In this document: one piece after another, positions 49,482 through 61,834 of the stretch
How the letters are laid out: every line of letters begins with the position of its first letter
Position numbering within the stretch: position 1 is the first letter of the stretch
Assembly (NCBI GenBank): GCA_000708835.1
Contig: DF237178.1
Span: 70,120-134,119, forward strand
Direction of reading: 5' to 3'
From: Klebsormidium nitens
Lineage: Eukaryota; Plantae; Klebsormidiophyceae
Length of the DNA: 64,000 bases
Translations under genes and position numbers: made by a program
The notes under the pieces: generated by a model
Told to the model about the DNA's origin: nothing
Databases searched by the model: none
What the model saw: only the letters and a program-made list of their open reading frames with translations

Positions 49482-50335
49482 GTGGCCTATGTGGAATCAT
49501 GTGCTTCTAAACAGTCTGCTGTGTTATAACCAAAGAACGGAGCTATGGAATCTGCAGCAGAAAAGGAGATGGTGTCAATGACAGAATGAAATCGTTTGGT
49601 TGCTTTGCGACTGACCTTGCACTCAGCGTGGCATTCCTAAGAAAGCTGCGCAATGGAAGCCCGGCATTGAACATAGACTGGTCGATTGACAGGTGCTCGC
49701 AGCTTGACTCGATTTCAAAGGAGTCTGTGTGATGAGTGGGCAATAAAGAAGAAGAAGCAGCAGTTAGAATGAAAATACGTGTCTCAAAAGCGACCCTCAC
49801 GGGATGATATATATATGCTGGGCAGCTCACCTACAGCAAGTGCTTGGTGTCCTCTCCAAGCTGACTCTTAGCGCAAAGCAGCGCATGAACCGTAGTTCCT
49901 GCAAGTCTGCTTTGCAATGCGGGCCAATTCAGCGGCACGCACGGCTTGGCAGAAGATCCAATTCTGGACCCGCAAACACTGGGCCAGGCGCCCTTCTCAG
50001 AACAATCAAGGAGGACTCTTTTCTCTCCCTAGTGCTTGCAATTCTGGCAAATTGCAGTCACTTTCGTTGCGTGCCGCGCAGGTTCGAAGGAAACAGGAAG
50101 TCGTTGTCACGCCCGTCCCGAGGGACTCCAGCCGTCGATACTGTCTCGGCTTCGTCATAGACAGGGAGATCGACGGCCTGAATACTTTCTAATCTGAAAT
50201 CCCTCCCTTCGCAAATTCTATCAAGCCTGCAGACGAATCTCTAGCAGAGCACTGATGCAGCACTGACTGAGCAGAGAAAGGCAAGCCTATAGCCTAATAG
50301 GGACGCAGGAAGAAAGTCTGCGCCGCAGTTACAAA

Positions 50336-53300
50336 ATGGCGGCAGGGGTATGTGCTCGACTGCACCCACCTGCTTGCACCTCTGTATTACAGAGCTCAAG
50401 CTTTTTGCAGGGCGGAAGCGTGTCCTTTGCGCCCCTCTTTCCCACCTTCTCTGCACCTCATTCCAGCAAACTTTCCCCTCTGCCGAACCGGTCTCCATTG
50501 GTTGTAGCACTGGCGAAACGAAAGAAGGGTGAACGGGCTCCCCCCACTGGAGGGGGGGGCGGTGGTGGGGGTGGAAATGGAGGGGGCACCAGGTCTGCTG
50601 GCAGCAAGCAGGTGTCCCAGGGTTCGGCATACCAGAACGAGACACGGAAGATCATTCTTTCTGTTCGCAACCTCAGAAAGGTGCGTTACTTCTTTTGCAC
50701 CTATTTGCGACTCTGCTTGGAGGGTGCATTGAGAGAAAATGGGACAGGATTCTTTGCATTTTGTACATGGTGGCGGCATTGAGATATTGGCAAGGAATTG
50801 AGGTTGTTGCGGTCCTTCCCACTTGCCCCCGTCCTTTTGCCTTTGGCACGGGGCCAGAACGTGGCTCCATGTTTGAATGCAATGTCAATACAAACTTTTC
50901 TTCTTCCAGGCAAATCTCAGCCAATTCGGTGATTAGGGTTCCATGTGAGGATCAAGATTGTCAAATGAACTTTTTGTAGTGGTGGTATGCGGAAACAACG
51001 TGCAGTTCAGATTCTTTGATCAAGTTTGAATGGTGCTTTTGCAGTGGTGACAGTCATAATCAGACTATTTATTGTGCTTACGAGTCGGCTGTGGGAGGGG
51101 TTTATCTTTTTGCGATTTAAGAAGAAGCCCTGCAGAGTAATCAGCACTTCTTACAACCTTTTATCAAGTTATCTCATGTTGCGCATTACCTCAGCCTGCT
51201 TACGATGCTCCTCAATATCAGAACTGCACACAATGTTCGATCCCAATAGAACTACCAACTCCAAGTAAATACGTTCTTAGCAGAGTGCTCTCATTGCATT
51301 GTTGGTAGCTGTATTTGATACGACATAAGACCAAGTGGTTCGCTGCCTGTGCTCAAGTCTGCAATTGGGATGCAGGTTACCCCCCAGGGAAAGGAGCTAC
51401 TGAAAAACATCAACCTAGGAATGTACCTGGGGGCTAAAATTGGTTTCCTTGGCCCCAATGGTGCGGGCAAGTCGACGCTGATGAAGATCCTAGCTGGAGT
51501 TGACAAGGAGTTTGATGGAGACCTGTACGTTGACCCAGGCATCAAGATTGGGTACTTGGCTCAGGAGCCACAATTGACTGCCGGGGAAACTGTGATGGAA
51601 AACATTGAGGTGAGCTCAAGCGGACGACGGCGCACATGTAGCTTCTGATGGATAAGGTGCCATAGATTGTGTTTTGTCCATATTTGCAAGACTGCACTTG
51701 TAGCTCTCCGGAGACAGCGAAGTACTGCTGGAGAATTCAAACCCTGAAGGTAGATGCAGCATAAGCCAAAAGCCTGGAGCTTGTTGAACCCGAGACCTTC
51801 TTTCGTTACATGGTGTCTGAATTCACTCCTAGTTTGTGAGAATCAAAGGGTTTGGAGCCACCAGAGCTTGTGAGCATCTGAACACCCCACTTCCTTACAG
51901 CCCGAAAATCTGGCCTGGTCTATTAAATTTTCGCTCTTGGCGGGGTGAACGCACCTCTGAAGTAACAATCGGGTCAGCCTGACAGACAACCCTAAGAAAG
52001 TTCTGCTTCCCGTTCCACATCTGCGGCCGCTCGAATGAGAATTCGCATTGTTTAGCTGAGCTGTCTTCCTTCCCCTACTCTACGGCCCGTGCTTGCGACA
52101 CACGCGCCCTGCTGGAGGACTTTGAACAAGTCACTTCCGACGTCGATCTCAAAGACAACCTAGCAGTATCTCCTCACATTTCAGGGCTCCCAAGTCACCC
52201 CACATCGTTGACCCACCTCTAACCCGACCTGCAACCACACTCGCTGACACCCGGGCCCTGCTGACGGACTTCGAACAAGTCAGTTCCAACATGGCAGCTC
52301 CGGGGGTGAACGTCGAGAAGCTGAAGACGAAGATGACTCAACGATTCTCTTCCTTAGCTTCCAAATTTTGCAATACACCGAAGTCAATCTACCCCGCTAA
52401 GCCAAGTCCTTCTCATCACACCCTGCGCTTGCCGGCACGCGCGCCCTGCTGAAAGATTTCGAACAAGTCAATTCCGACAATGTATCCAGAAATGGACCCA
52501 AAGCACAGTTTCTAAAAAGCTTTTCAGAAGTAACTCAAACCAACCCTCTGACCCACCCTCCAACCCAAACCCGCAGCCCGCACTAGCGGACACACGCGCG
52601 TTGCTGAAAGACTTCGAACAAGTCAGCTCCGACATGGCGGCTGCGGGGGCCGACATCGAGAAGCTGATGACCAAGATGGAGCGCCTGCAGACGGCAATCG
52701 ATGCAACCAACGGGTGGGAACTAGAGCGGAAACTAACGCGCGCGTTGGAGTCGCTACGGTGCCCCCCGGGGGATGCGAAGGTTGACGTGTTGAGCGGGGG
52801 GGAGCGGAGACGGGTTGCTCTGTGCCGGCTGCTGCTGGAAGAGAACGACATCCTGTGAGTGACTCGTAATTTGCTCTGATTAATGCCGGGGGTTGTGGTG
52901 CTTGGCCTGCATTGACTTCTTGGAACGTAAGAATGATACGCTAAGAACTTGGGACAGTAAAGTAGCTGACGCTACAGTCCGGGCATACGGCCTTTCGCGG
53001 TTCCTTGGATTGTGGTTAGGGACGGCCAAGACCTTTCAGACTGCGACGCATGTGAGGATGGTGCGTTGGATGTGTCTAACTTCTTCGCATCTTCCTCTTT
53101 TTTCTGACAAGCCTGCGCTAAATTCCTTCACAGGACAAACTCGACGTGCGTTTTTTTGGACTTGAAGTCAGTCTTGTGTGGCATTCGGCCGTCTGCTATG
53201 TTCTGCACGCCGAGCGGGCACCTTCTCCCGCTACCTCACGCGCTTGGACAGCCTTTGCTTGGCGAAACTCAGGTTTCTACCAGTTGTAGAAGCGCTCACG

Positions 53301-56300
53301 TTTGTTGGGTGCTCGAACATGGCTGCCAAGCATGTGCAGTGGCCTCTGTACAAGTTCGTCTAAGCAACGTACTGCTGTCCTTTTGTGCTGACGTCATGGA
53401 GCCTTGGCTCTTACAGCTTCCTCGACGAGCCCACAAACCACTTGGATGCGGAGGCGGTCGCTTGGTTGGAACAATACTTGGCTCAGTTTAAGGTGCGTGA
53501 CTCTTTCTTCTGGCGAAGTGAAGCTGCATTCTGTGGACGTCTGATTATTCTGAAGTGCTTCACGCTTTAGAAGCTGAACTGGGTGCAAGGAAAGGCCAGA
53601 GACTGCCCTGAACAGAAGTCCCAAAGTCATCATTGACCAGGATCTGCTTCCCAAGACTTCGGAGCATCTTTTTGATCAAGTCAAGCAGGAATTCTTCTGA
53701 ATTGCGGAGCCGCTTAAAGTTACTCCTTTCAGAACCCTGGATTGCCAGGCCGGGTTATCGCCGACCCTTTCAAAATCCTGGATTCCGAGCCGTGTTTAAA
53801 GCCGACCCTTCTAGATTGCTAGATTGCCAAGCCGGGTTAAGCCAGGTTTTTTCAAAACCTGGCTTCCCGAGTTGACTGAAACAACGACCCTTTTAATGTG
53901 GATTATCGACCCGGTTTTAACGTCGACCCACTTTCCGCAGGGCACCGTGGTCGCGGTTACGCACGACCGCTATTTCCTGGACAACGTCGCGGGCTGGATC
54001 CTGGAACTAGATCGGGGGCAGGGCATTCCTTTCGAGGGCAACTACTCAGGGTATCTAGAGGCGAAGGCGCGGCGGCTGGAGCAGGAAGACAAGCAGCAGA
54101 GCGCGCTAGCCAAGAATGTGGAACTGGAGCTGGAATGGATACGGAAGAAGGCCAAGGGCCAGCAGAAGAAGGGCAAGGTGAGGGGACCGCTTTGCTTTTT
54201 GCACTCCCGGACATTTTCATCGTGTTGTGCCCTATTCTTCGGTCTGGAGCGAGATGTGATTTCGTGCTGGGTACGGTTACCAACCTGGTTATGGTGGAGA
54301 CGAATGTTCCCCGAAAAGGAGGCAAAAAGCTGCGGGCTGGGCGCTGTTTGTGGTGTTGTGGGTCTTAAGTATGTTTGCTCTGTTATCTCAACGAGTGTTG
54401 TATGATGCGCCAACAACAGAGCAAACTTTCAAGGGTCACAAGGCCGGGGGCTCCGTTGCCCCCCGTTTCATTTCCCGCTTTATTCCTTTCACAACCAAGT
54501 CATTGAACAATTTTGTAAAAGTATACATCCAATCTTCAAAGAACCTGGTTGCCGTTGAAATTCCAACCTACCTGATTGTGCTAGAATCTCTTCTTATCGA
54601 TCTCTACGTGCCCAGCAACAGACTTTCAGTCATCGCACTTCATTCGTGAAAACACCCTCGAAACCTCACTTCCTTAAGTTTATTTCGTAACCCTTGGCAT
54701 CCCGCATGCGCCAGTACGAAGAGCTGGTTCCGCAGTCTCGGCTTAATCCAACCAAGAAAATATCCTCGAGATCTCACTTTCTAGAAACGTCATCCAACAA
54801 CCCCTTGCGTCTCTTTACCCAGGCCCGCATGCGGCAGTACGAAGAGCTCGTCCAGCAGGCGAGCCAGTTTCAACGAGCAGAACGTCTGGATTCCATTCAC
54901 ATTCCTCCGGGTCCCCGGTTGGGCGATCTGGTGGTGGAGGCCAATAAGCTGGCGAAGGCGTATGGCGACCGCGTGCTTATAAACGACCTCGACTTCTCGC
55001 TGCCCCCGGGGGGCATCGTGGGCGTCGTGGGCGCGAATGGCGCGGGAAAGACGACGTTGTTTAAGATGATTACCGGAAGGGTGAGCACATATGGAAATTA
55101 GGAACATAGCTTTCTTGAAGATCTGCTTACCTGGTTCATCTAGAAGCATTCAACGTCGGGTTTGTTCCTTTGCCAAGACGTAGCTTATCTGCAGGAAGAA
55201 AGGGAAGAGTCAGTCAAAGCATGAGAAGCACTTCCGAGCTGTCCCTCAACGCAGCTGCCACATTTATGGTACGCTTCATCTTTGTCCGCTCTCATATTCC
55301 CAGGAGTTAGCCGTGTTATGATTCTGGTCTTTGGCCTGTTTGTTCAATTGCACGTTGGCATTGGCGATTTGACGCACACAAGAAGTTCTTCGTCCCGAAC
55401 CCCCATGTAGATCATTTTGGTAGAGAACCCCAAACGGACGGAAAGTGGGGTGTTGGCTGGTATAAATTGAATCTGGGAGGAGATTACCCTCGTCAAGAAC
55501 CGCGTTTCTCACTATCCGATGATAGCATTCCGCAGGAAACCCGACGGACGGAACGTTGCGCGTTGGCGAGACGGTACACTTGAGATCTGGGAGCGATATT
55601 ACTGTCTCGGACAACTGATCCTAACCTTAATTCCAATCAATCTTTCCGCAGGAAACCCCAACGGACGGAACGTTGCGTGTTGGCGAGACGGTGCACACCA
55701 TGTACGTGGACCAGTCACGCGACAGCCTGGACGCCACCAAGAGTGTCTACGAGGAGATAACCGGGGGGAACGAGGAGATAGCGCTTGGGGAACGGAAAGT
55801 GAACGGGCGCGCATACTGCAGCTGGTTCAATTTTAAGTCGTCGGACCAGCAGAAGAAAGTGGGCGATCTCTCGGGGGGGGAGCGCAACAGGTGGGCTGTC
55901 CAAACGGGATTTTTTATCGTGCCTCTGTGAGGGTTGTCCCAGTTTGAAGATACGAAGACCAACTTCAAGTCGTTGGACCAGCACACGAAAGTGGGCGATT
56001 TGTGGAGAGGAGCGCAACAGTGGGCTGTGCAGATGAGACTTTTTGGCGTGCATCCGTGCCTGTTGTTTCAAGTTTGAACCCGTGACGATTCTTGGAAGAC
56101 CGGAAGGGCGGAGCGGCTTTTTTCGAAGGAAGAGGGGATCAGGCAATCCTCTTCGCGTTGGGGACTGCTAGCAAGCCCCCTACAGCATCGTTCGGACGGG
56201 CTCGTAAAGTCACAGCTTTCACCCTGGGTGACTAATCACCCAGAAAAGCATTTTCTGTTCGCAGGCTGCACGTACCGAAGATCTTCTGCCATGGAAGGGT

Positions 56301-58072
56301 TGACAACCTACGCGGCAACATTTCAGGGTCATAAGTAGTACCGCGAAATGAGCCGCTTCGGATTGTCACCCAACCCGTTCTTCTTAACCTCTTCATCGAA
56401 TACCCGCAAACCCGGTTTTGTTTCGCAGGGCTGCACATGGCGAAGATGTTCTGCCAAGGAAAGATTGACAATTAAGCGGCAACATTTCAGGTTCATTAAA
56501 ATCCGCAAAACGAGCCGCTTCAGTTCGTCACCCAACCCGTTCTTCTTAACCTTTTCACTAAGTACCCGCAAACCCGGTTTTGTTTCGCAGGCTGCACATG
56601 GCGAAGATGTTCTGCCAAGGAAAGATCGACAACCTACACGGCAACATTCCAGGTTCACAAGTGAAACCGCCAAACGAGCCGCTTCGGATTGTTCACTCAA
56701 CCCGTTCTTCGTAGCCTTTCAATGATTACCCGGAACCCGGTTTTATCCCGCAGGCTGCACATCGCAAACTGCGACGTAAGTCTTTTCGTCTATGGGGTAA
56801 GGTCTCGGAGTCCTCTGATTACCTCAAAAGCAGCCGCTGCGGATTGTTACCCAATCCGCTCTTCTTAACCTTTTCAATAACCACCCGCAAACCTGGTTTT
56901 GTTTCGCAGGCTGCACATGGCGAAGATGTTCCGCGACGGCGGCAACCTGATGCTGCTCGACGAGCCCACGAACGACCTGGATGTCGACACTCTGCGCGCG
57001 CTCGAGGACGCAATCAACGACTTCGCGGGGTGCGCCGTGATCATTTCCCACGACCGATGGTTCCTCGACCGGCTCGCCACGCACATCCTAGCGTTCGAGG
57101 GGGACTCTCAAGTGAGTTTTGCTGCAGGCTTCCTGCTAGTTCAGATTCTGAGTTTGACTTTTGGGGTTGTCGGCTTTGGGGGGTTTATCGACTTTGCGGG
57201 GTTCCGCGACCGGCTTGCCACGCAGAGTCTGGGTTATGAAGGGGTTCCTCCTGTGACTTTGGCTGCGAGCTCTTCGATACTATAGGAGGCTTCTGGTAGC
57301 GTCAACTTTCTGAGCTTGTCGAATTGGACTTGCCAGTCAACGTCTGGCGGCTTACATTGTATCGCGACCGTTGGTTTCGACCATTGGCTCGCCCCGCACG
57401 TCCTTAAGTTCGAGGGGAGGTCTCCAGTGCGGGCAGGATTAGGCCTTTTGAGGTTTTGATATATCGGAATCGGGTTGAGGACGGCAGATCGGGTTGAGGA
57501 CGGCAAAGTTCGTTTTGGGGTGCCGTGGACATCTTTCATGACCGCTGGTTCCGAAACTGGCTGCCTCCGCACATCTTTCGGTTGAGGGTAGGTCCCAGGG
57601 TCTTGGCTAGGGCTTCCAAGCTTACGGATCTGCGGTTTGCGCTTTAAAACACGGTCAGAGATTCTTCGGAGCGCGCTGTTGCATCCCGCACGACCACTGC
57701 GTCACCTTCTTTCCAAGCACAACGCTTCTTTCGAGAGGCAATCGCAAGTGGGTTTGAGCCCATTTGTAGGGTCTTTGAAATTCTAGCGGCTTTGTGCTCG
57801 GGGGTTTCTTGATCATCTAACAAGAAGTTGGACAGAGGTGCCCCCTTCTAGTGCTCTAGTTTATCGTTCTCCTGGCTTCCCATGAAGACCCACTTCATCT
57901 GAGGACTACAGAAAAGAAAGCCTGGCAATCAGGGAGCCGGTTGGTTTAAAAACACATTTCCCGATTGCAGGTCGTGTGGTTTGAAGGCTCTTATAGCGAG
58001 TACGAAGAGGATAGGAAACGCCGAAGTGGCAACAAGGAGCCTACTACAGTGAAGTTCCGTGCTTTAGCTTAG
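50336..58072 (+). CDS. ettA: ABC-F ATPase of the EttA/ChvD/YjjK type with plastid-like transit peptide, ~656 aa, 9 exons
   Basis: Exons 50336-50680, 51376-51609, 52577-52854, 53417-53492, 53941-54177, 54823-55080, 55652-55890, 56910-57111, 57971-58072 (sum 1971 nt, in frame). Two NBDs ([25 protein letters not shown] and [25 protein letters not shown]), no TM domain. Linker [23 protein letters not shown] and C-terminus [12 protein letters not shown] match EttA. Confidence 0.9.
56230..56930 (+). repeat. ~163-bp tandem array of five 3' splice site + exon-start units in ABC-F intron 7
   Basis: ttcgcag|gctgcac-type units with exon-like starts at 56265, 56429, 56591, 56754 and 56910 (the last is the real exon 8). 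Confidence 0.93.
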
Positions 58073-58912
58073 AGCCGGTCGACGAGGGTAAGTACGCAAA
58101 AGACTTACTTATTTGTACCTTGAAGGGAATCTTAGTTGGGCCCTTCCGAGCCGGAGCGCGCAGAGGGTTAAACTTTTGGTATCTGTCATCTTTAAGCGTT
58201 GCCGGTGTTTTCTGGCACTCAATCCGACGATACACATGTCTTCAGTCGGCGAAGTAACCCAAGGTCGAGCCGGCGATCATGGCGTTCATGGCCGCTGCAG
58301 ATTAGCGAGTGCTTAGAACACCCACAATAACCTTAATAGAAGGGGACCGTCCCGGCCCTTATACATTGCACCGCCGCATGCATATCGTGTGCACCAGCTT
58401 ACCGTACAATCCCCTTAGCATGCTCAAATGCATGTGCATGTCCCTTTTTTTAGACAGTCAATGCATACGGATTTGACTATTCTGACGGGCTCCTCGCGAT
58501 ATCGTGTGGGGCGGCGTGGCCAGTCGGCCATCATTCAATATCTTGCCAAACAACATCGTTCTCATGCATCATTCAGATCGGGCCCTCGTTACATGCAGTG
58601 GCCGGGCCGGCCGTATATGCTTGCCGGCCAACCCGCATGGACTGATCGCGACAGAGTTCAATCAAAGTTGTAGATCAAGCGGGATGCAACACCTTAGCAT
58701 GGCGCTTGTAAAACTTGATATCTCTTGGAACATGCCTTCAATCGAATGCAGGACGTAGGCCGTCGTGACGATCCATCAACAAAACTAGGTTTAGTATGAT
58801 CCGACAATATCAAATTGCGTCAACTAAATTGCGTGACTCACGACGTGGTCGACCGTCATGATCAGAACTCAACTACAGTGCATATATCTGCGAAAATGAA
58901 ATAACTCTGCAT

Positions 58913-59135
58913 GGCAACTCTAGTGTGCCCTATAACCGCAATGTGCCTTTAGTAAGATAGGCGCCCGCGGTAGCTACATGCAGCCCCTAGAGCCCTAGGG
59001 TGGGGTGGGGTGCGGAGTGGATAAGTTTTGGGGTTAGGAAGTTCAAGTCATAATGTCTGATCAAGGGGTCCACACAAATCTTATAGTACATCACATGCAC
59101 AATGGCATGCAGTGTTAGGGCACACAAGAGTTACC
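58913..59135. mobile_element. MITE-like element, family A, copy 2 (intergenic, opposite orientation)
   Basis: TIRs ggcaactctagtgtgccct / agggcacacaagagttacc. 22 bp (gtaactcttgtgtgccctaaca) are identical to copy 1, and internal blocks ctccgcaccc and gggcgcctatctta are shared. Confidence 0.78.
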
Positions 59136-59686
59136 AATAAATGTAACCGGCGGGGGCCGCCACGGATGCATACGTTTAAAGAGCAGCCAGATGACCCATT
59201 TGCTTCTGCGCGGCAGACGCCGCATGAGAATTATGACACCGTGACAAGGTGGCCTCCAATTTGGAGTATGCCGCTGCGTCACGGTGGCTCAACAACAATT
59301 GGGCAATAAGCTTCCTAAATCGCGCGCCCAGTAGCTGGCCCTCCCAAAAGCACGACCGTCGTACTTGCACATGCACATCATGCCGGCCGGGGTTCGCCGG
59401 TTGTATGATATATGTAAATTGAACTTAGTTTGACGTTAGTTTATTTGAGCATGCGTCGTACGGGTATGACAGATAGTGACTCCCTACACTTGTAGGAGCA
59501 TCAGCATGCAGGCAATGCACTGCGCCCGCACTGCGGGGCGTGCCAATTGCATTCATGAAGATGGATGACCACTGATGCTTAAATTTGTAAATTGCTATAT
59601 GCTTAAAAATCAGATTCTTCGCCGTGTGCTTTCACGACGTCCCACCCACAGCTAGCTAGATGCTGACGGTTGCGCAACATGATTCT

Positions 59687-59725
<39 letters not shown>
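59687..59725. repeat. (AAC)13 microsatellite
   Basis: Direct reading of the sequence. Confidence 0.97.
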
Positions 59726-59726
<1 letters not shown>

Positions 59727-61834
59727 TGAATATAAAAGCAGTGCGCTGGCCAAGCCTACCGTTTAACTGTGGTTCATGCCAGTGGCAGCCTGAGCCTTTC
59801 ATGTTTGCCGCGCGCATCGACTGCCCGGCCGCCGGGCGCCGCCCTCCAAAGTTGGGTGCGGCCGCGCTGCCAGCCGCCGCCGCTAGCTGGCCGCTGCACC
59901 GCGCAATTCAATGATTGCAGTGCTGGACAATTTACACCTACCGAAACTTCCGTCAAGGAGCTTTTGTCGGCCACCCGGCACCCTTCCGGCCGCCTCGGTG
60001 GCGGAACCTCTGACTCCTGATTGACCGGGATGTCCAAATACTGTTTCCGCAGAGCCCCGGTGCATCTTAAACCACCACCCGAAAGGTACATATGGGCCAG
60101 CAGTGCTGGCCAATTTCATAACTTGAACTTCACTTGTGAAATTCAAGTTGCGCTCATGGGGCGCACGCATTTGGCACTAAAATTTGGCTCTTGTTCAGCT
60201 CTGGGCATGCCCAGATCATGCTTTCCGGTGGCGGTGTCAAGCTTAGTCGCTACATAGAGGCCTTGCAGGAAGGCGCCAGGCTTTTCAGCCCTCAAAACCA
60301 CCAAGAATAGCTCCTAAAAGCCAAGGGGAGCTTTCTGGGGCCTCCAGGCCTTGTTTTTGACCGCTTCAACAGCTGGAAAAGGGAGCGCGTCCCAGCGGGG
60401 CCTGTTCCTGGCGAACAGGCTTGACACCGCTTGATTTGGTGAAGGTTTGGTGAAGCTTTTGGGTAGGGTAGCTACCCTTTACATTGTTCAAAAAGATGCG
60501 CCCCATGAGTTTCAGTTTGAATTGCCCGATCTCGACGACCGTTGGCAAGTTATGCCACGGCAGCATCGAAATTGCCCGGTTTTATAGGTTGGGTGGTGGT
60601 TTAAAGCAAAGTCGAGACTCATCATGCATGGATCCGGACCTTCCAATTAAATCGATATCGAATCAATGGTTTGTTGATATATTAGAACGCACCTATCAGG
60701 TTTACTGTACTTCTAAGGCCTTGCAAAATGCTGAGGTGCTCCTATTTCCCGTGTTATCCGCTTAGGAATCTTGCCGGGATGTAATTTTCATTTGTGCTTC
60801 GGACACGAAACACAAGTTTCACCGGTAATAAAGTATAATTAACTCGCAGGAACCAACTCCGACCCGCCGGCCGGTGTACCGGTAACTCGCCGCGAGAAAT
60901 ACCCTGGGATGCCCGGCGTGCTGTGATATGCCTCGGAGCCAGGCGCCGATCAAGACATATGTTGGGCAGCAATTGAACGATTCCGAAGGGGAGGACACGC
61001 GGCACCATATCGTAGGTTCCGACCCAGCGACTTCAATGAGAAGTGCCCGTCAAGTCCGGCCGAATAATAGGTACGCTCATGGTGACACTGACTCTGAGGA
61101 CTGGGTCCTGAGCAACTTTCCTCTCGAAGTCGGCAGTGGGCTAGAGATCAGATCGGATACCTATGTACCTAGCTACCTACCTATATTGCACACTGGGTAC
61201 CGAATACAGTCATGATGCCAGCTCACAATCGTCAGCAGGATTCAGTCCTCAGAGGCGCTCACAGGAGTTTACGGCGGCACAATCGCCCTGAAGGGGCCAA
61301 ATGCCTTTCGTTCGTGAGAATGCTTTACTCCATGCACCTTCAACAGCTGTGCCCATGTCGTCCTGGTACGAGCCTGGTACATAATTCGAGCTCTCGAAGC
61401 TGACGCAGCAAGGAAAGGCCCGTCCTGCCATCAAAGCACAGGACGGAGCTTGTACGGTTAACATTGGTGCAAGGTACACCATCCTTCTATCCGTGAGCTG
61501 GCTAGGAACTTGAGACGACGTCCATCGCAGTCAGTAGTGTCCTTGAAGCGGCACTGGAATCGGCTCAGTATGTACGCTACTGGAGGCGGCAATCAAATGC
61601 CTCTGATATCTGCTGGGAGCTGGCGTCAAACCTACGAGTTGTCCCTTCGCACATCTCATTCCCAGTTGTCAATCAATCTGTCAATCAGCGCTGCACTAGC
61701 AGCTCCTTCTCTTCTCCTTGTCCCATCGGCGCGCGCTTCTCCCCGCCAGCTGCAAAGTAATCCGCCCAGCAGTGTCCCTCTCCGGCGCTCTCACCGACTT
61801 CTACAGCTGTCGCCCAACCCTGCCAGCTGTCACC

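Noticed and set aside
56230-56930. Regularly spaced repeats resembling a CRISPR array
   Set aside because: Eukaryotic intron; whole units are homologous (no unique spacers) and derive from the splice acceptor and exon.
59660-59914. ORF with a poly-Asn tract
   Set aside because: Produced by the (AAC)13 microsatellite; the rest is not protein-like.
60400-60420. Perfect 8-bp hairpin gcctgttc-ctggc-gaacaggc (possible Helitron end or terminator)
   Set aside because: No CTRR terminus nearby on either strand and no second copy.
60928-61215. 95-aa ORF upstream of the root-cap gene
   Set aside because: No recognisable motif or splice context.
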